A stretch of 64,000 bases of DNA from the human T2T-CHM13v2.0 reference genome, Homo sapiens. Location of the stretch: NCBI RefSeq assembly GCF_009914755.1, contig NC_060928.1; one strand, given 5' to 3'. The notes beneath the pieces were generated by a model. That model was not told the DNA's origin and did not search any database. It saw nothing but the letters and a program-made list of their open reading frames with translations. Numbering within the stretch: position 1 is the stretch's first letter; each line of letters begins with the position of its first letter. Of the stretch, positions 12,141-23,989 are shown piece after piece. Made by a program: the position numbers and the translations under genes.

Positions 12141-13479
12141 CAGTCTTTCAAAATGACAACCCTCAGGCCTCAGTAAATCCAGATTCTACATGGACCTCAG
12201 TTTAACCCCTGTAAAATGGGAAGGGTAGGAGGGGCTAGTTGACCTCTGAGGTCTCTCTGACTTCTCACACTCTATGAAGATAACACTCTAAGCACTTTTA
12301 TAGAAATCATAAACTATACAGTTCCCTATTCGATCAGCAGGTTCCAAACTTCTCTTTCATATCAAGCAGGCATATTTCCAAAAGAACATCAGGGTCTACA
12401 AAATTTTATGCATTTACTGCTATAGCAATTACATAATAATAGTATTGGCACACAATGATTAGGGGAGGGTGCATTTTTATATATTCCTTCGGGAGAAACT
12501 TTTTTCCATCCTCCTGGCTATCTGCCTTTTGCAAAATTCAACTGTCTACCTCTCATGACTGAGAACTTTTTCTGCAGTTTGTGACATATGAGGATCTCAC
12601 AGTGCTGTGAATGGTAGTTATTCATTAGGTGTCTTATGATCTTCTGCAGTTCCCAAATAGGTGGTAAGCTTTTAGAGAGCAGAGATAAATTTATCTTTAG
12701 ATTTTCCAATGCCTTACAACTATAGCAAGTCTGAATCTTATAAACACGAGTCTGCAAGAAATGTTCTATTTCTTTATTTTCTTGAAATCAACATAAATCT
12801 GATTCCAAGAGTCTATGCCAGCAGGAACTTTAGTTTCTTACATTATTTAGGCTCCTACCTCCACCACCTTTAACACTAAGGTCAGGCAAAAATCCTGGGA
12901 GGCATTTCTTCACACCAATTATGCCCAGTCTTGTCTTGTAAATGACCTCTCCCTTTGGAATCCGTGTATTCTGCTTTCAAGCCCTGCTTGGGGACTAGAA
13001 GTCACTGTCAAGGCCAAGAACCTGGTGTCTGAGCAGGACCAGGCAGCCCTCCCTTCTGAGGTCTAGCCAGGCAGGGTGACGATTTCTACTTCTCACAGAT
13101 GCACCGACCCCCAGTCTTTCCAGGTGTGAGAAAATCTCCCATCAAGGATGTCTCATTCCCCTCTCCCCAGCATATACTCTTGGGCTTGGAATTTCTGAAA
13201 AGAAAGCAAGTGTTGTTTTCAATAAAACTCTTCCTGTTCTGCAAAATCCTTGAAGCAAGGAAATACAGAAGGCTGGGCAACACTCGTGAAATGATAAGGC
13301 AGAGGTGAAAAACAACACATAAATTAATATTTAAATAAGGTGTTCCGTCACTCAGCAAACAGGTGTTCAATAATCATCAGCAAAATAGGTGGCCAACAGA
13401 TGATAAAACAGCTTCTTCAAAGTTACTCAGTTTGCCAGCGGAGGAGGCATATATTACAATCAGATTAATAGTGTCTTTT

Positions 13480-13650
13480 TGTTAAGTGCCTACTGTGTGC
13501 CATGACTTTATATATACTGTCTCTTTGTCCCTATTGTTTAGATGAGGAGAGGTAAGTAGCTCACCTAACGTCCCATATATACTAAGAGATGGAGCAGATG
13601 TTTAAACTTATATAATGCCTGCCTTTAAAACCTGCACCCTTTCCACACTG
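13480..13650 (-). mobile_element. MIR fragment
   Basis: ttgttaagtgcctactgtgtgcca...tagatgagga...aagtagctcacctaacgtc. Confidence 0.6.
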
Positions 13651-14399
13651 TCACAGGGACTCTCAGAAAGGATTTTTCTATTTTCTGTTGCTAAATGCAA
13701 TCTGGAGTTCTACTTTTGACTAATCCTTCAGTCATTATTTCCAACTAAAGTGTATTTTAAATAGAGAATTTCTTAATGAAATTTATTTTGCCATAAACAT
13801 AGTATGGCTTTGTTAGATATAGTAACGAACCCAAAGAATGGTTTATTACCCCATCTCACTGCTCATCTGCAAGGTTGTGGGGTGAGAAATAAAGCACTTT
13901 GCCTAGGGTCAGAGGGTTAGAAGACAGCTCAAACTTCAATACATGTTTGTCTGTCTTCTGTCTCCAAGTAGAGGAGAGAAAATTGGTTCTAATTAATGAA
14001 TTATTAATTGGTTCTAATTAATTAAGACGAATTATAGATTAGTATTAAATATTGGCAGTTTTAGGGCCTTCATGTGCTACCAATGATATAAAGTCATGGC
14101 TAATGTAGTTGCCTCAAAACACATCCTACCATATATACTATGACAGTATTTTGAGAGCTGTCATGAAAACATTCCTTGGTGGCCTTTCCAACAGCTAACA
14201 TGCCCCAAACAGCTTACTCTCTTAAATTGGTAATTTTTTCCATTTTCTTTCTTGCACCATTAATTTATGTAGAAAGACTTTTTATGAAGTCATTTCAATC
14301 CCATTCCACTCTAAAAATCTAATTTGACCACAGTGGAATCTTATTAAGGGATTCTTTGAATGTATCAGAATTACCAACCCATTTCATCACAGGTGTATC

Positions 14400-14600
14400 T
14401 ATCAATTTCCCAGATCATTATTAGCATTCCCTCCTTTCCTTCATAATAAAGACCATATTCTTCAACATGGCCCCAGGGGCCTTTGAAGGATCTGCTTCTT
14501 GACTGCCTTCCTTGTCCATCTCTGTTCCTACCACTCTCCTCCATATTCCCAATACCAACACGCAGTGAACTCTTCACTGTTTCTTGGGCATCCTTCTTCC
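14400..14600 (+). mobile_element. L2 fragment
   Basis: aataaagaccatattcttcaacatggccc...ggatctgcttcttgactgccttcc, pyrimidine-rich sense L2. Confidence 0.5.
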
Positions 14601-15589
14601 TTATGCAACAGGGGTCTAAGGAATCTGAGTCCATTCTCTTGACTTTATGTGAATGATGTTGAACCACATAAACTTTCTAACTTTCAACCACTTTATTACC
14701 TACAAAAAAAATGGCAACTTTATATGATCCCAATATAATCTAGAGATGTAAAGAAAGACTCTCATTTCTTGAAGACAATTTATGTGCCAGGCTCTTAAAT
14801 ATAATAAAAATGTGTTCATTGTCCTCCTGTTTGTCCTTGGGGCTGAGATGGAATGGTGCCCAAATAGACTTTTAGAATTTATCCAAGCTATCAATCTCAC
14901 CTTCAGCTTAAATGCCAGCAGCAGCAAAACACTCATACTTCATAAGGCCGCTCCTTCCATTAATATACCACTGGTCACCAGAATCTCACCCTTCTTAATG
15001 TCTCGCATTCTCATCTTTGCTCTGCTTTTAGAAGTAGCAAGAAAAAGTTATCTTTCCTCTGGCATTTTAAATGCTTGAAGACTCATCATCTGCCTTCCTG
15101 GCCTTCTCTCAGGGTCTTCCTGTGCTTATAGGGAGGACTTTCCCCAGATGCCCTGTGGTTCACCTAGGATATGCATGCCCTCTTGAAACAGGTATCCAGA
15201 CTTGCTCACCAAATTTCAGATGATTTTCACAACTTGTGCCAACTCCATATGTATGTTCTGGGATGGATAGTGGCTGCCTGAAGCCCTGTACTGAGAAAGA
15301 ATCTGAACCCTATCTGGAATTAGCAAGAAGGTGTACAGAGTTCACTTAGTGATATCTAAAGGAGAATCAGATATTTTCCAGGGCCACTCTACCCTGGATA
15401 TTGCCTGACAGCCCAGAGTACATGGAACTATTACCCTCTCTGATTTAAAGACACTATTTTCCTTAATGCTAAATTTGCATCAGCTTTGCTAGTAAGCCCA
15501 TCTCATAAAAAGACCAAGTAAAACATTGAGATCATTTCTTAAACTTGCAGTAAGGCCTGTTTTAGTTCATAGTTAACTAAAAAGTGCCA

Positions 15590-15740
15590 GTTCCAGCCCT
15601 AGCCCTTCCCGGTTGTGTGATCATGGTTAAGTTACTCTAGTTCTCTGAGCTCTGTTTGCTCATCATTGATAATGGTAATAATATATATCTGCTCCACTGG
15701 ACTCACTGGAAGTATTAAATGAGATATATTTGCAAGCTAG
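15590..15740 (+). mobile_element. MIR fragment
   Basis: tgtgtgatcatggttaagttactctagttctctgagctctgtttgctcatc...attaaatgagata. Confidence 0.7.
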
Positions 15741-16183
15741 AAGATAGTTACTTTAGGAGCCCGATGTATTTGGTGGGCCAGCTAATCTTTCTCTTTGCCT
15801 CTTTGCTATGGGGGATTTCCTCTCCCTGGACAAATTGATATCCAGTGGGGGATTAAAAAGAAAAGTACAAGCAAAAGGAATAAAAACACACTAAGTACTT
15901 AGTGAATGGAGTTGCATGTGGGTGTAAACATGTCAAAGGAGACAATTTCAGTGGAGATGAAAGTATTTCCACAATGCTGTCAAAGCAGAGTGACAAGCAA
16001 AGTCCAAACTGCCTCTCCCTGGCTTGCTTTGATTATTCAAGGCCTGGGATGTTCGGTTTGGAATGATTTGTACTTGCCATTTGCTCACACAATTCTACAT
16101 TGCTGCCTTCATGCCTTTGCTAACATTCCTCAGAGATATGTTATCAGCAAGACATTAGTGTAGCTCCAGGCAATACACTAAGT

Positions 16184-16420
16184 CAGGGGCTGTCATCTAA
16201 ACCATCTGCAGGACCAAGCAGGAAATGCCCATCAGTAAATAGGCAGGGCAGAGACCCCAGAGACTTAGGTTGCATGCCTTACCTAAAGTGGGCAGTCACT
16301 GCAATGCATGGTGTTCACGGGGCAATATGGCCCACTGGTGCCAGGTCTTCAGATTTTTCAAGAAAACTCATACATCTGGACATTTTTATGTGAAATGTTT
16401 CTATTTTTTAAATCCTTGCT
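16184..16420. mobile_element. MER102-like hAT-Charlie DNA transposon
   Basis: cctaaagtgggcag...gccaggtcttcagatttttcaagaaaa...tttttatgtgaaat. Confidence 0.6.
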
Positions 16421-16999
16421 GTTTTTGACCTATAGAAATGGCAATGTCATATAGTTCAACCTAATATAATCTAGAGACATAAAAGGAATTCCCATTTTCT
16501 TGCTGTGTGGGAAACCTCAAGAGTCTTTGTCATTCAACACCTAAGTCCTAAATCAACATGAACAGGCATGCACAGTGCTCTACAGTAAAACTAGACAGCA
16601 GAGCACACTCACTACACAGAAAGCACAGTTGCAGGTAAACCTTCTTTCCATCCTCCCAACACCCCTAGAAGGTGGTGCTAGGTTTATTCCTATTTTACAC
16701 ATGAGACCCAAAGCCCACCATCGGTTAGAAGTGACACATACATAAAAGAATATGTAATCTCCTTGCCAACAGAGCCAGTCTTCTTAAGCCTCTTGCCACA
16801 CAGGACTTGAGGAGGAAATGTAAAATGTAAATTTCTGCACATTTCCCCAGAGTGGGGCAAACTGGGGTGACAATGATTCTCCAGGCTCTTCTTGGAAACT
16901 TTAAATCTTCATTCCCCTTTGGCCCCTTCTATGGAGAATCCACACTCCTTCCTCTCTCTTCATCTTTTTTGTACACTCACCTCCCGCTCACTCTAAATT

Positions 17000-17110
17000 C
17001 TTTTTTTCTTTGCATTTACGCTGTATTTTCTGCAGTATATAGGACCCCAGATAACCGAAGGGCCTAGCACAGTGCCCGGGATATAGTAGAAACTGCATAA
17101 ATTTCAGTTG
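17000..17110 (+). mobile_element. L2 3' end
   Basis: gcctagcacagtgcccgggatatagtagaaactgcataaatttcagttg. Confidence 0.6.
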
Positions 17111-17682
17111 GCTCTTTCTACACAGGATTTGAGGCAAAATGAAAGAAATGTGCAAAATAAAGCAGTTTAAATGGAAACAGAAAAGCAAAGCCATGACATG
17201 AGGAGGAGGAGGAACAAAATATGTGAACCACAAGGACCAATCTGGTTATAATGATTGAGTGTGAAATTTCACTTCCTGGCAGCCAGACTCAGAGCCTTTG
17301 CAGACTTAAAGTGACCCGTGTATTCTCTCTTGAGCTCTGGGTGAAGTACCAAAGGAGAGAAAATGAATTCCTTTTCTTTTCCTTGACCCGGGTCTTGCCT
17401 TGGAACCAATGTTTTTCCTCATATCTGTTTGATTTTCAGCATCCATTAATCTCTCACTAAAAATCCACTGCTGTATTGTGCTCAGAGTTCACTCAAATCC
17501 TATTTAGAAAGATGTTTTGTGTAGTAAAGAATACGAGTCTCATAAGGAAGGCAATTTATAGTTGAAGCTGTTGCTAGGGTGTTGCTAAAGGAAATCTGTA
17601 ACTCTTAGTTAATCAGAAAGCTCACTGAATACTGACAGAATCAAGCTACAGCTGGATGGTTTATAGGAGAAAAATATTAGAT

Positions 17683-18300
17683 AAAAGGAAGGGAGGAAGG
17701 GAGGGAGGAAGGAAGGAAAGAAGGGAGGAAGGGAAGAAGGAAGGGAGAGAGGAAGGGAGGGAGGGAGAGAGGAAGGGAGGCAGGCAGGCAAGCAGGAAAG
17801 AAGGGAGGGAGGGAAGGAGGAAAGAAGGGAGGGAGGGAGCGAAGGAGGGAGGCAGGAAGGAAGGAAGGGAAGAAGGAAGGAAGGGAGGGAAGGAAGGAGG
17901 AAAGAAGGGAGGGAGGGAGGGAAGGAGAGAGGGAGGGAGGAAAGAAGGAAGGAAGGGAAGAAGGAAGGAAAGGAGGGAAGGAAGGAGGAAAGAAGGGAGG
18001 GAGGGAGGGAAGGAGGGAGGGAAGGAGAGAGGGAGGGAGGAAAGAAGGAAGGAAGGAAGGGAAGAAGGAAGGAAAGGAGGGAAGAAGGGAGGGAGGGAGG
18101 GAAGGAAGGAGGAAATAACGGAGGGAGGGAGGGAAGGAGGGAGGGAGGGAAGGAGGGAGGGAGGGAAGGAGAGAGGGAGGGAGGAAAGAAGGAAGGAAGG
18201 AAGGGAAGAAGGAAGGAAAGGAGGGAAGAAGGGAGGGAGGGAGGGAAGGAAGGAGGAAAGAAAGGAGGGAGGGAGGGAGGGAGGGAGGAAGGAAAAAAGA
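17683..18300. repeat. ~620-bp polypurine (GGAA/GGGA/GAAA) compound tandem repeat
   Basis: Directly visible, with only a handful of pyrimidines. Includes a 104-bp identical block at 18012-18115 and 18156-18259. Confidence 0.97.
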
Positions 18301-18326
18301 ATTCTGAATTTTTCTTCACTTTTTCC

Positions 18327-18400
18327 TAAAGTTACTCATTTTCTTTCCCTGTAAAGTTACTCATTTTCTTTCCCTGTAAAGTTACTCATTTTCTTCCCCT
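18327..18400. repeat. 25-bp minisatellite, ~3 copies (taaagttactcattttctttccctg)
   Basis: Copies start at 18327, 18352 and 18377. The first two are identical. Confidence 0.95.
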
Positions 18401-18599
18401 CTGTCACCATTGCCTGACCTCTGAGATCTGCAGATGAATTCCTCTCTCCATCTCTGGCCACTACCTCTCAATGGAAATCTAGTCCTTTTCTTCTAACACT
18501 TTCTGCTGAACATAGAAATTTAACCATCACCACAAATTCTCTATTTTGTTTTGATCCAGCCCTTTTCCTTAGTTGGTTAATGACTAAGACTGCCATTGC

Positions 18600-18800
18600 T
18601 ATATTGGACTGGGGACACCACATATTAATAGGGCCATTATCAAGCTGAACCAGAGAGACTGTGGTTGTCCAAGCAGATGAAACCTATTAAAATCAAAGCA
18701 CATGAAGAACAGTTGCAGGACCTCAGGATAGCTGCCCCGGAGAAAGAAAAACTAATGGGAAATAGGAGACTGATTTCAGGTATTTGAATATCTCCTTTGG
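18600..18800 (+). mobile_element. L3/CR1 fragment
   Basis: gggacaccacatattaataggg...catgaagaacagttgcaggacctcaggat...ttcaggtatttgaa. Confidence 0.5.
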
Positions 18801-18874
18801 GTAAGATTTTTGAAGTAATTTCCCAAGATTTGATGTTAATTACTTAGGATTCTAATCCAAAGAGACAGCAAAAT

Positions 18875-19070
18875 GTAGGCTGACTCTGAAGTCCCTATCA
18901 ACTTGGATTAAAATCCAAGCCGTCAGTTTCCAGGCTCATGCCCTTGGGCAACTTCTCAACTCCATTTCCTTGCTATAAAAAATGAAGATAATAGTATCCA
19001 TCTCATTGGAGTTTTTGTGAGGATTAAGTGAGATAATATAGTGCTCTAAAAATCATAGCTAATGTTAAAA
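18875..19070 (+). mobile_element. MIR
   Basis: ccttgggcaa...tataaaaaatgaagataatagtatccatctcattggagtttttgtgaggattaagtgagataat. Confidence 0.8.
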
Positions 19071-19467
19071 TTGCTGTTTCTTTTAGGGATATGAAACAGA
19101 AAAGAAAGCATTAGGTATGCAAAGTATTGTTAAAATCATAAAATATAAGATTTTCTTTTCTGTCTTCTTCCGTCCTTTTCATCCTTCCTTCCTTCCTCTG
19201 TTTTCTCCTCCTCCATAGCCATCTAGCATGAACATACATTAGTAAGCTTCCTAATCAAACACAAATTTTAGCTTTTCTTTAACAACACCATAGTAACAAC
19301 TAAAACTGTATGTTGCCTTAATTATAAGATTTGCATCTTTTACTACTCAAACAACATCCTAAACAAGGTTTGACTGAGATCCTGAAAAAGATTCAAAAGA
19401 AGCATTTGGCAAGTAGGAGAAACAGAGCATTGCAATATTACATAAATAAAGGAGAGTAGGAATTTTA

Positions 19468-19638
19468 GCCATTTCTCAACCATGGCTGCACCTTAATGAT
19501 CAACCAGGGAAAAGTCCCAGAGCCCAAGCGGCGCCCGAGACTAGTACATCAGAATCTCTGGGGGTGGAACCCAGGTGTGAATAATTTTTTAAAGCTCCTC
19601 AGGTGATTCTAATATGCAGCCAAAGTAGAGAACCACAG
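19468..19638. mobile_element. MER5A-type hAT-Charlie MITE
   Basis: ttctcaaccatggctgcac...atcagaatctctgggggtggaacccagg...aagctcctcaggtgattctaatatgcagccaaag.agagaaccac, with inverted termini. Confidence 0.85.
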
Positions 19639-20104
19639 TTTTAGGGGAAGCAGTGGCCAATGGTGTGGAAAGCTGCAGAGCTGATGAGGCTGCATGCTGT
19701 GTGCATGACGTGAGGATGTCTGTAACTTTCTAGACTTTACAGAGGCTTTTCAGGAAAGTTGAAGAAATAGAAGTCAGGCTGTGAAAGGAAGGAGTTAGGG
19801 GCTAGGGAGAGTCTACACTAATTGTCACTTAGTCCTTCAACAAACATAGAGAGGAATCTGGAAGGAGAAAGGGAGATAGCTTGAGGAGTTAGCAAAGGCA
19901 GTATAATTTAGAGTATGGGAGGCCTAAGCGTATTTGAACCAAAAGTGCATCTACTGTAACTTGAAAGTTTGCAATTTAAATTTTGGAGAATGATGAGAAT
20001 ATTTTGCCTCTACCCAGTAGATTTCATCTTGATGAGTTCAGATTCATCAGAGAATCTTGACCAAATATGCCCAAGCTGCAGCTTTACACCTCACTATTTA
20101 TTTC

Positions 20105-20345
20105 ATTTTAACTGCTATTGATTAAATTTCCCATTGTGTGTCCAATATGTCATTTAAATACATCTCTTCATCCTCACAAAAATTCTATAAAATAGCTGCT
20201 TCCCATTTTAGAACAAGGACATTTTTCAGATGAGAAAATGAGATTCTGAGAGGTTTGGCAGTTTGTCCAAAGTCATTAAGTGGCAAAACCAGGATTCAAG
20301 CCTGGGTCTATATGACCCCAAGGCCCACGGTCTTTTCACTCTGCC
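20105..20345 (-). mobile_element. MIR
   Basis: atcctcacaa...cagatgagaaaatgagattctgagaggtt...ccaaagtca...ggattcaagcctgggtct. Confidence 0.75.
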
Positions 20346-21544
20346 ACCATGGATGCAACACAAGAATTTAATCCTTGCAGAGCTGCATGCTCCCTCCAAA
20401 ACCTGTAAAATGACAAAAGCTGTGTGCTGAAAGATAATGTCCCAACACCATGGCCTCTGAATAAAATGAATGAAAAGTGAAAATGTATCAGAGGGGGCAG
20501 CTAAAACCTCAGGTTGCAGAAGGGCTTGAGCAAGGTTCAGATTGTTTCACAGAGTGCTGGATGGGCAAAACAAGGCATAACAGCCAGAATCAGGATTGCT
20601 CATAACTGACATGAATCAGAGAGTGCAGCATCTTGCACTAAGGGCTGTTGGGTTTTGGATAGGAGTGGCCATTCTCAGCACTGTTCATCTCCACCATCTG
20701 CCTAACTCCTTCCTCCTTCCCTGGACACGTAGTCCTTGCTGACTGTTGCCTGCCAAATCATCTCACACACGCCAGCTCATCTGGCCATCTTTGCTGAAAT
20801 CAAATCTCTACATCCTTGATTACTCCTAAAAACTGATTAGTGTCCATTTGCAAGCAATATTTTCCTCCTAATATATCCAGGTATGTATGACCCAGAGGGC
20901 TGCTTTGATTTCTGGAATATTAGCTTAGAAAAGAATGACATCTAATAAAAATATCATATTAGCTCCAAATAGCTGCATAATCTGTGTCAATGAGATGATT
21001 TCCATTTGGTCTGCAGACTGTAGTTATTAGAATTAGTTATCCTTTGTACTGAGACGGGGGAATGAGCAAAATATTGTTTTCTCTCCCAATAAAAAGGTCT
21101 CAAATCTTGGAAATTGCTGGTGCAATCCCCACTTTAAAAAGCCAGTGACATTTTGTGTTGCCTTTTAAAAAAATTAGTATTATATTTTAAAAGAAACTGG
21201 CCTTCAAGTTCATTCCAGGACAAGTTTTAGATTCTTTAAGATCACGTTGGGTAAGACCATAACAGAGACTGTTTAGTTTGGACAGACAAATTGCCAACAT
21301 ACCCATAAAAGGGAGGATTGGCTGAGCATTTTTCTTTCAGCTCGTATTTTCAGATTTTCTTCAAAAGCTAATCTAACAAAAATTTGAGAGGAGCCATGTG
21401 ACACACCCATAAAATACAAATACCTCAAATAGAGCTTGTGTATCAGACCAAATCGGTCCAGGGAGCCTGTGGAGACATGGGCAAGGTTGCCATCTGTGAT
21501 GTCTCTAATTGTTTATAAAAGTCATCAGAAGAAAGGAAAGAGGG

Positions 21545-21700
21545 GCATTTTCTTAGTGTGCACTGTGTGTCTGGCTTGTGCCCTGGGTCCTAACCAGGGA
21601 GCGGGACAACTAACTCATTTGGTCATTCTTCCAATTACCCCTCAAGGTTGGTATTATTTCCATTTCACCCAGAAAGAAAGAGAGGCTGAGGAAGATTAAA
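21545..21700 (-). mobile_element. MIR fragment
   Basis: attaactcatttggtcattc...tattatttccatttcacccagaaagaaagagaggctgag. Confidence 0.55.
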
Positions 21701-22049
21701 AAAAAAAAAAATCTGGACAATACGGCAAGCATGTAGGGCAAGATATGAGGTGGAAAATGAGGCTGAAACTCTTGTTTAAAATGTGTTTAAATTAATGAAC
21801 TTATGAATCTTAAAAGATTTTTTAAAAAGAAATACATCATACAATGACTCTAGAGGCCCTGATCTATTCTAACCCTTGAAAATTGGAAGCGAATGTGTTG
21901 TGGGAATCCACAACTTCAGTCAAGGTGCACTGCAGTATTCATGGATTTCAGGGAAGAGGCACCACCTTCTCCCCCAAGGCTGCTGTGTGGAAGGCTGGCT
22001 ATGCGCACTTTGTCCTCACCCAAACCCGTTCTCCAACTAGGGTACATGA

Positions 22050-22400
22050 GGCTCAGAGGTCTCACACTTCATGGGACAGAAGGATGAAAAGGGTCTGAAG
22101 GAATGGGAGGACCTGCATAAATTTGGGAACAGGAAAGGAAAGACTCACACAGAGTCTTTGGTGAATGCCAAGTAGCCCTGTTTGGTCAGTGAAGAATGTT
22201 CTGGAAGGAAAGTAGTTAGGTAAGGGTTGGATAAGAGAATACAGGAGAAATAATTTTGACCTTATTCTGAAGGAAATGGGATGCCATCAAAGGTTTTTGA
22301 TTGAGACAGACATGTGGAAAGCAGACTTTTAGGAAGACGAAGCTGACCATGTGTGGGGGAGGTACTGGATGTGGGGAGGCCAGATGGGGAACTCTCCTCA
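22050..22400 (-). mobile_element. L2 fragment
   Basis: tttgaccttattctgaaggaaatgggatgccatcaaaggtttttgatt...ttttaggaagac. Confidence 0.6.
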
Positions 22401-22979
22401 GAAGTATCCCATGACATCTGAGGGTCATGGCTGTTCTGAGGCTCTGCGTGTCATTTGAGCTCAGCTGCGCTCTGTCCTGGGTTCTGGAAAGCCATTTAGA
22501 GGAAGCAGCATATCCAGGCTGCCTGTGCTCTGCCCAATGTGGTTCACATTGGATGGTCTAAATCCCTGGACTTTGATGTGGAAATGTCATGAGAACATTG
22601 AGTGAATTCCAGAAAATCTTCCAGGGAAGAACACACGATAAAAGAGGCCCCACACTACACACATGTTGACCTCAGGAAGCAAAGACACAGTGATCAGAGG
22701 GAAAAAGTAAGATTTTTTTTCCTAGTGCTACAAGACATAAATTTACATTATGGGCTCCCAGACAAAAACAACAGAATGGGAAGGGTTCACTTGACCTTGG
22801 CCAATACTTTAAGGATAATTTTCTTTAGACATGTTGCCTCACCCCATTCCTGCTCACATTCGCATGTGTTTCACCACAGGATTCTTGCATTGGGAATATC
22901 CTAGCCAGGGCGCGCTTTGGGGGATTAATGGGTCCATGCTGTTTACCAGTTGTAAAAATTCAAGAAGGCTGTGCCAGGG

Positions 22980-23110
22980 AACTAGGATTCAACCTGAGTG
23001 CACTCATTAGCCATGTGACCTTGGACAAGCTTGCTCAGTTGCAGAATAGCAATAGAAACATGAGGATCTGAGGAAACAGCACATGACAGCATCTTACCCA
23101 AAGTAAGGAG
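22980..23110 (+). mobile_element. MIR fragment
   Basis: tcattagccatgtgaccttggacaag. Confidence 0.55.
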
Positions 23111-23139
23111 TTGACACAGCAGTGAGCAGGACCGTAAAT

Positions 23140-23410
23140 CAATGCTGGCAGAGCCAGGTGGGAGATGCAAATGAATGCTGTGGGCTGGGTGAAGACCTAA
23201 GGAAGTAAACTTCATGTGACTCACACGAAGAGAGCACCAGCTACTGCCCCCTCATCTGCTGCCACAGAAATCAGAAATAGAGATTTCTATGTGAAATCGC
23301 CCAATTTTTAAATAATAGAAACTAATATGGATCATGTGTTAAACCTCAAACTAAGCAGCGGATCAATTTTGCTGCAAGTCTGCAAACAAGGACTAGCAAT
23401 GTGCAAGTTG
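23140..23410. mobile_element. MER102-like hAT fragment
   Basis: agaaatcagaaatagagatttctatgtgaaatcgcccaatttttaaataatagaaactaat. Confidence 0.55.
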
Positions 23411-23784
23411 TCATAGATATTGAGATCGTGCACGGTGAAACCACTGGAGAGGTGGCTCAGACCACCATTCAGGTGCTTGCTAGTTGTGTATGTTCTCCAA
23501 AGCTTACTTTTCTCATCAAAAAAAAAAATGTGGATTACAAAGACAACTCTTAAAGGGATGGTAGGAGTTAACTGAGATCACATGCACAGGAGCCCACCAA
23601 TCAGAAAGAGGCTGAAGCTTGAGAGGAAAGTTCCCTGCCATGCAAGGCATTAACCCTGTGGTTGCTGGTCTTTGGGGAAGTCTGGTGGGTTGGACTGGTG
23701 GGTAGAAAGTTGGAGCAGCAGCTTTAACAAAAACCCTTTGCCCAGTTCCAAGCCCTCTGTAATGCTCAATAAATAGCAACAGTA

Positions 23785-23983
23785 TTTTGTTTGTTTGTTT
23801 TTAAAAGACAGGGTACCACTACGTTGTCCAAGCTGGAGTGCAGTGGCCCAGTCATAGCTCACTGCAGCCTCTAACTCCTGGGCTCAAACACTCCTCAGCC
23901 TCCCAAGTAACTAGCCACCATGCCTGGCTAATATTTTTATTATTTTGTAGAGACAGGGTCTTACCAAGTTGCCCAGGCTTGGT
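23785..23983 (-). mobile_element. AluJ-type SINE, 5'-truncated
   Basis: (ttgt)n tail, agacagggt...gctggagtgcagtgg...catagctcactgcagcctc.aactcctgggctcaa...ttgtagagacagggtctt. Confidence 0.85.
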
Positions 23984-23989
23984 AATGGT

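Noticed and set aside
15265-15410. Possible ancient SINE (MamSINE1-like) within L3-like sequence
   Set aside because: Only a short motif (ggctgcctgaagccctgtactgagaaagaatctga) was recalled, which cannot be supported without an alignment.
17609-18354. Two long ORFs (236 aa minus, 232 aa plus)
   Set aside because: They are translations of the stop-free purine repeat (PSF/L-rich and GRKE-rich), with no evidence of coding function.
18327-18400. 25-bp repeats as a CRISPR-like array
   Set aside because: Head-to-tail copies with no spacers, in primate DNA with no cas genes.
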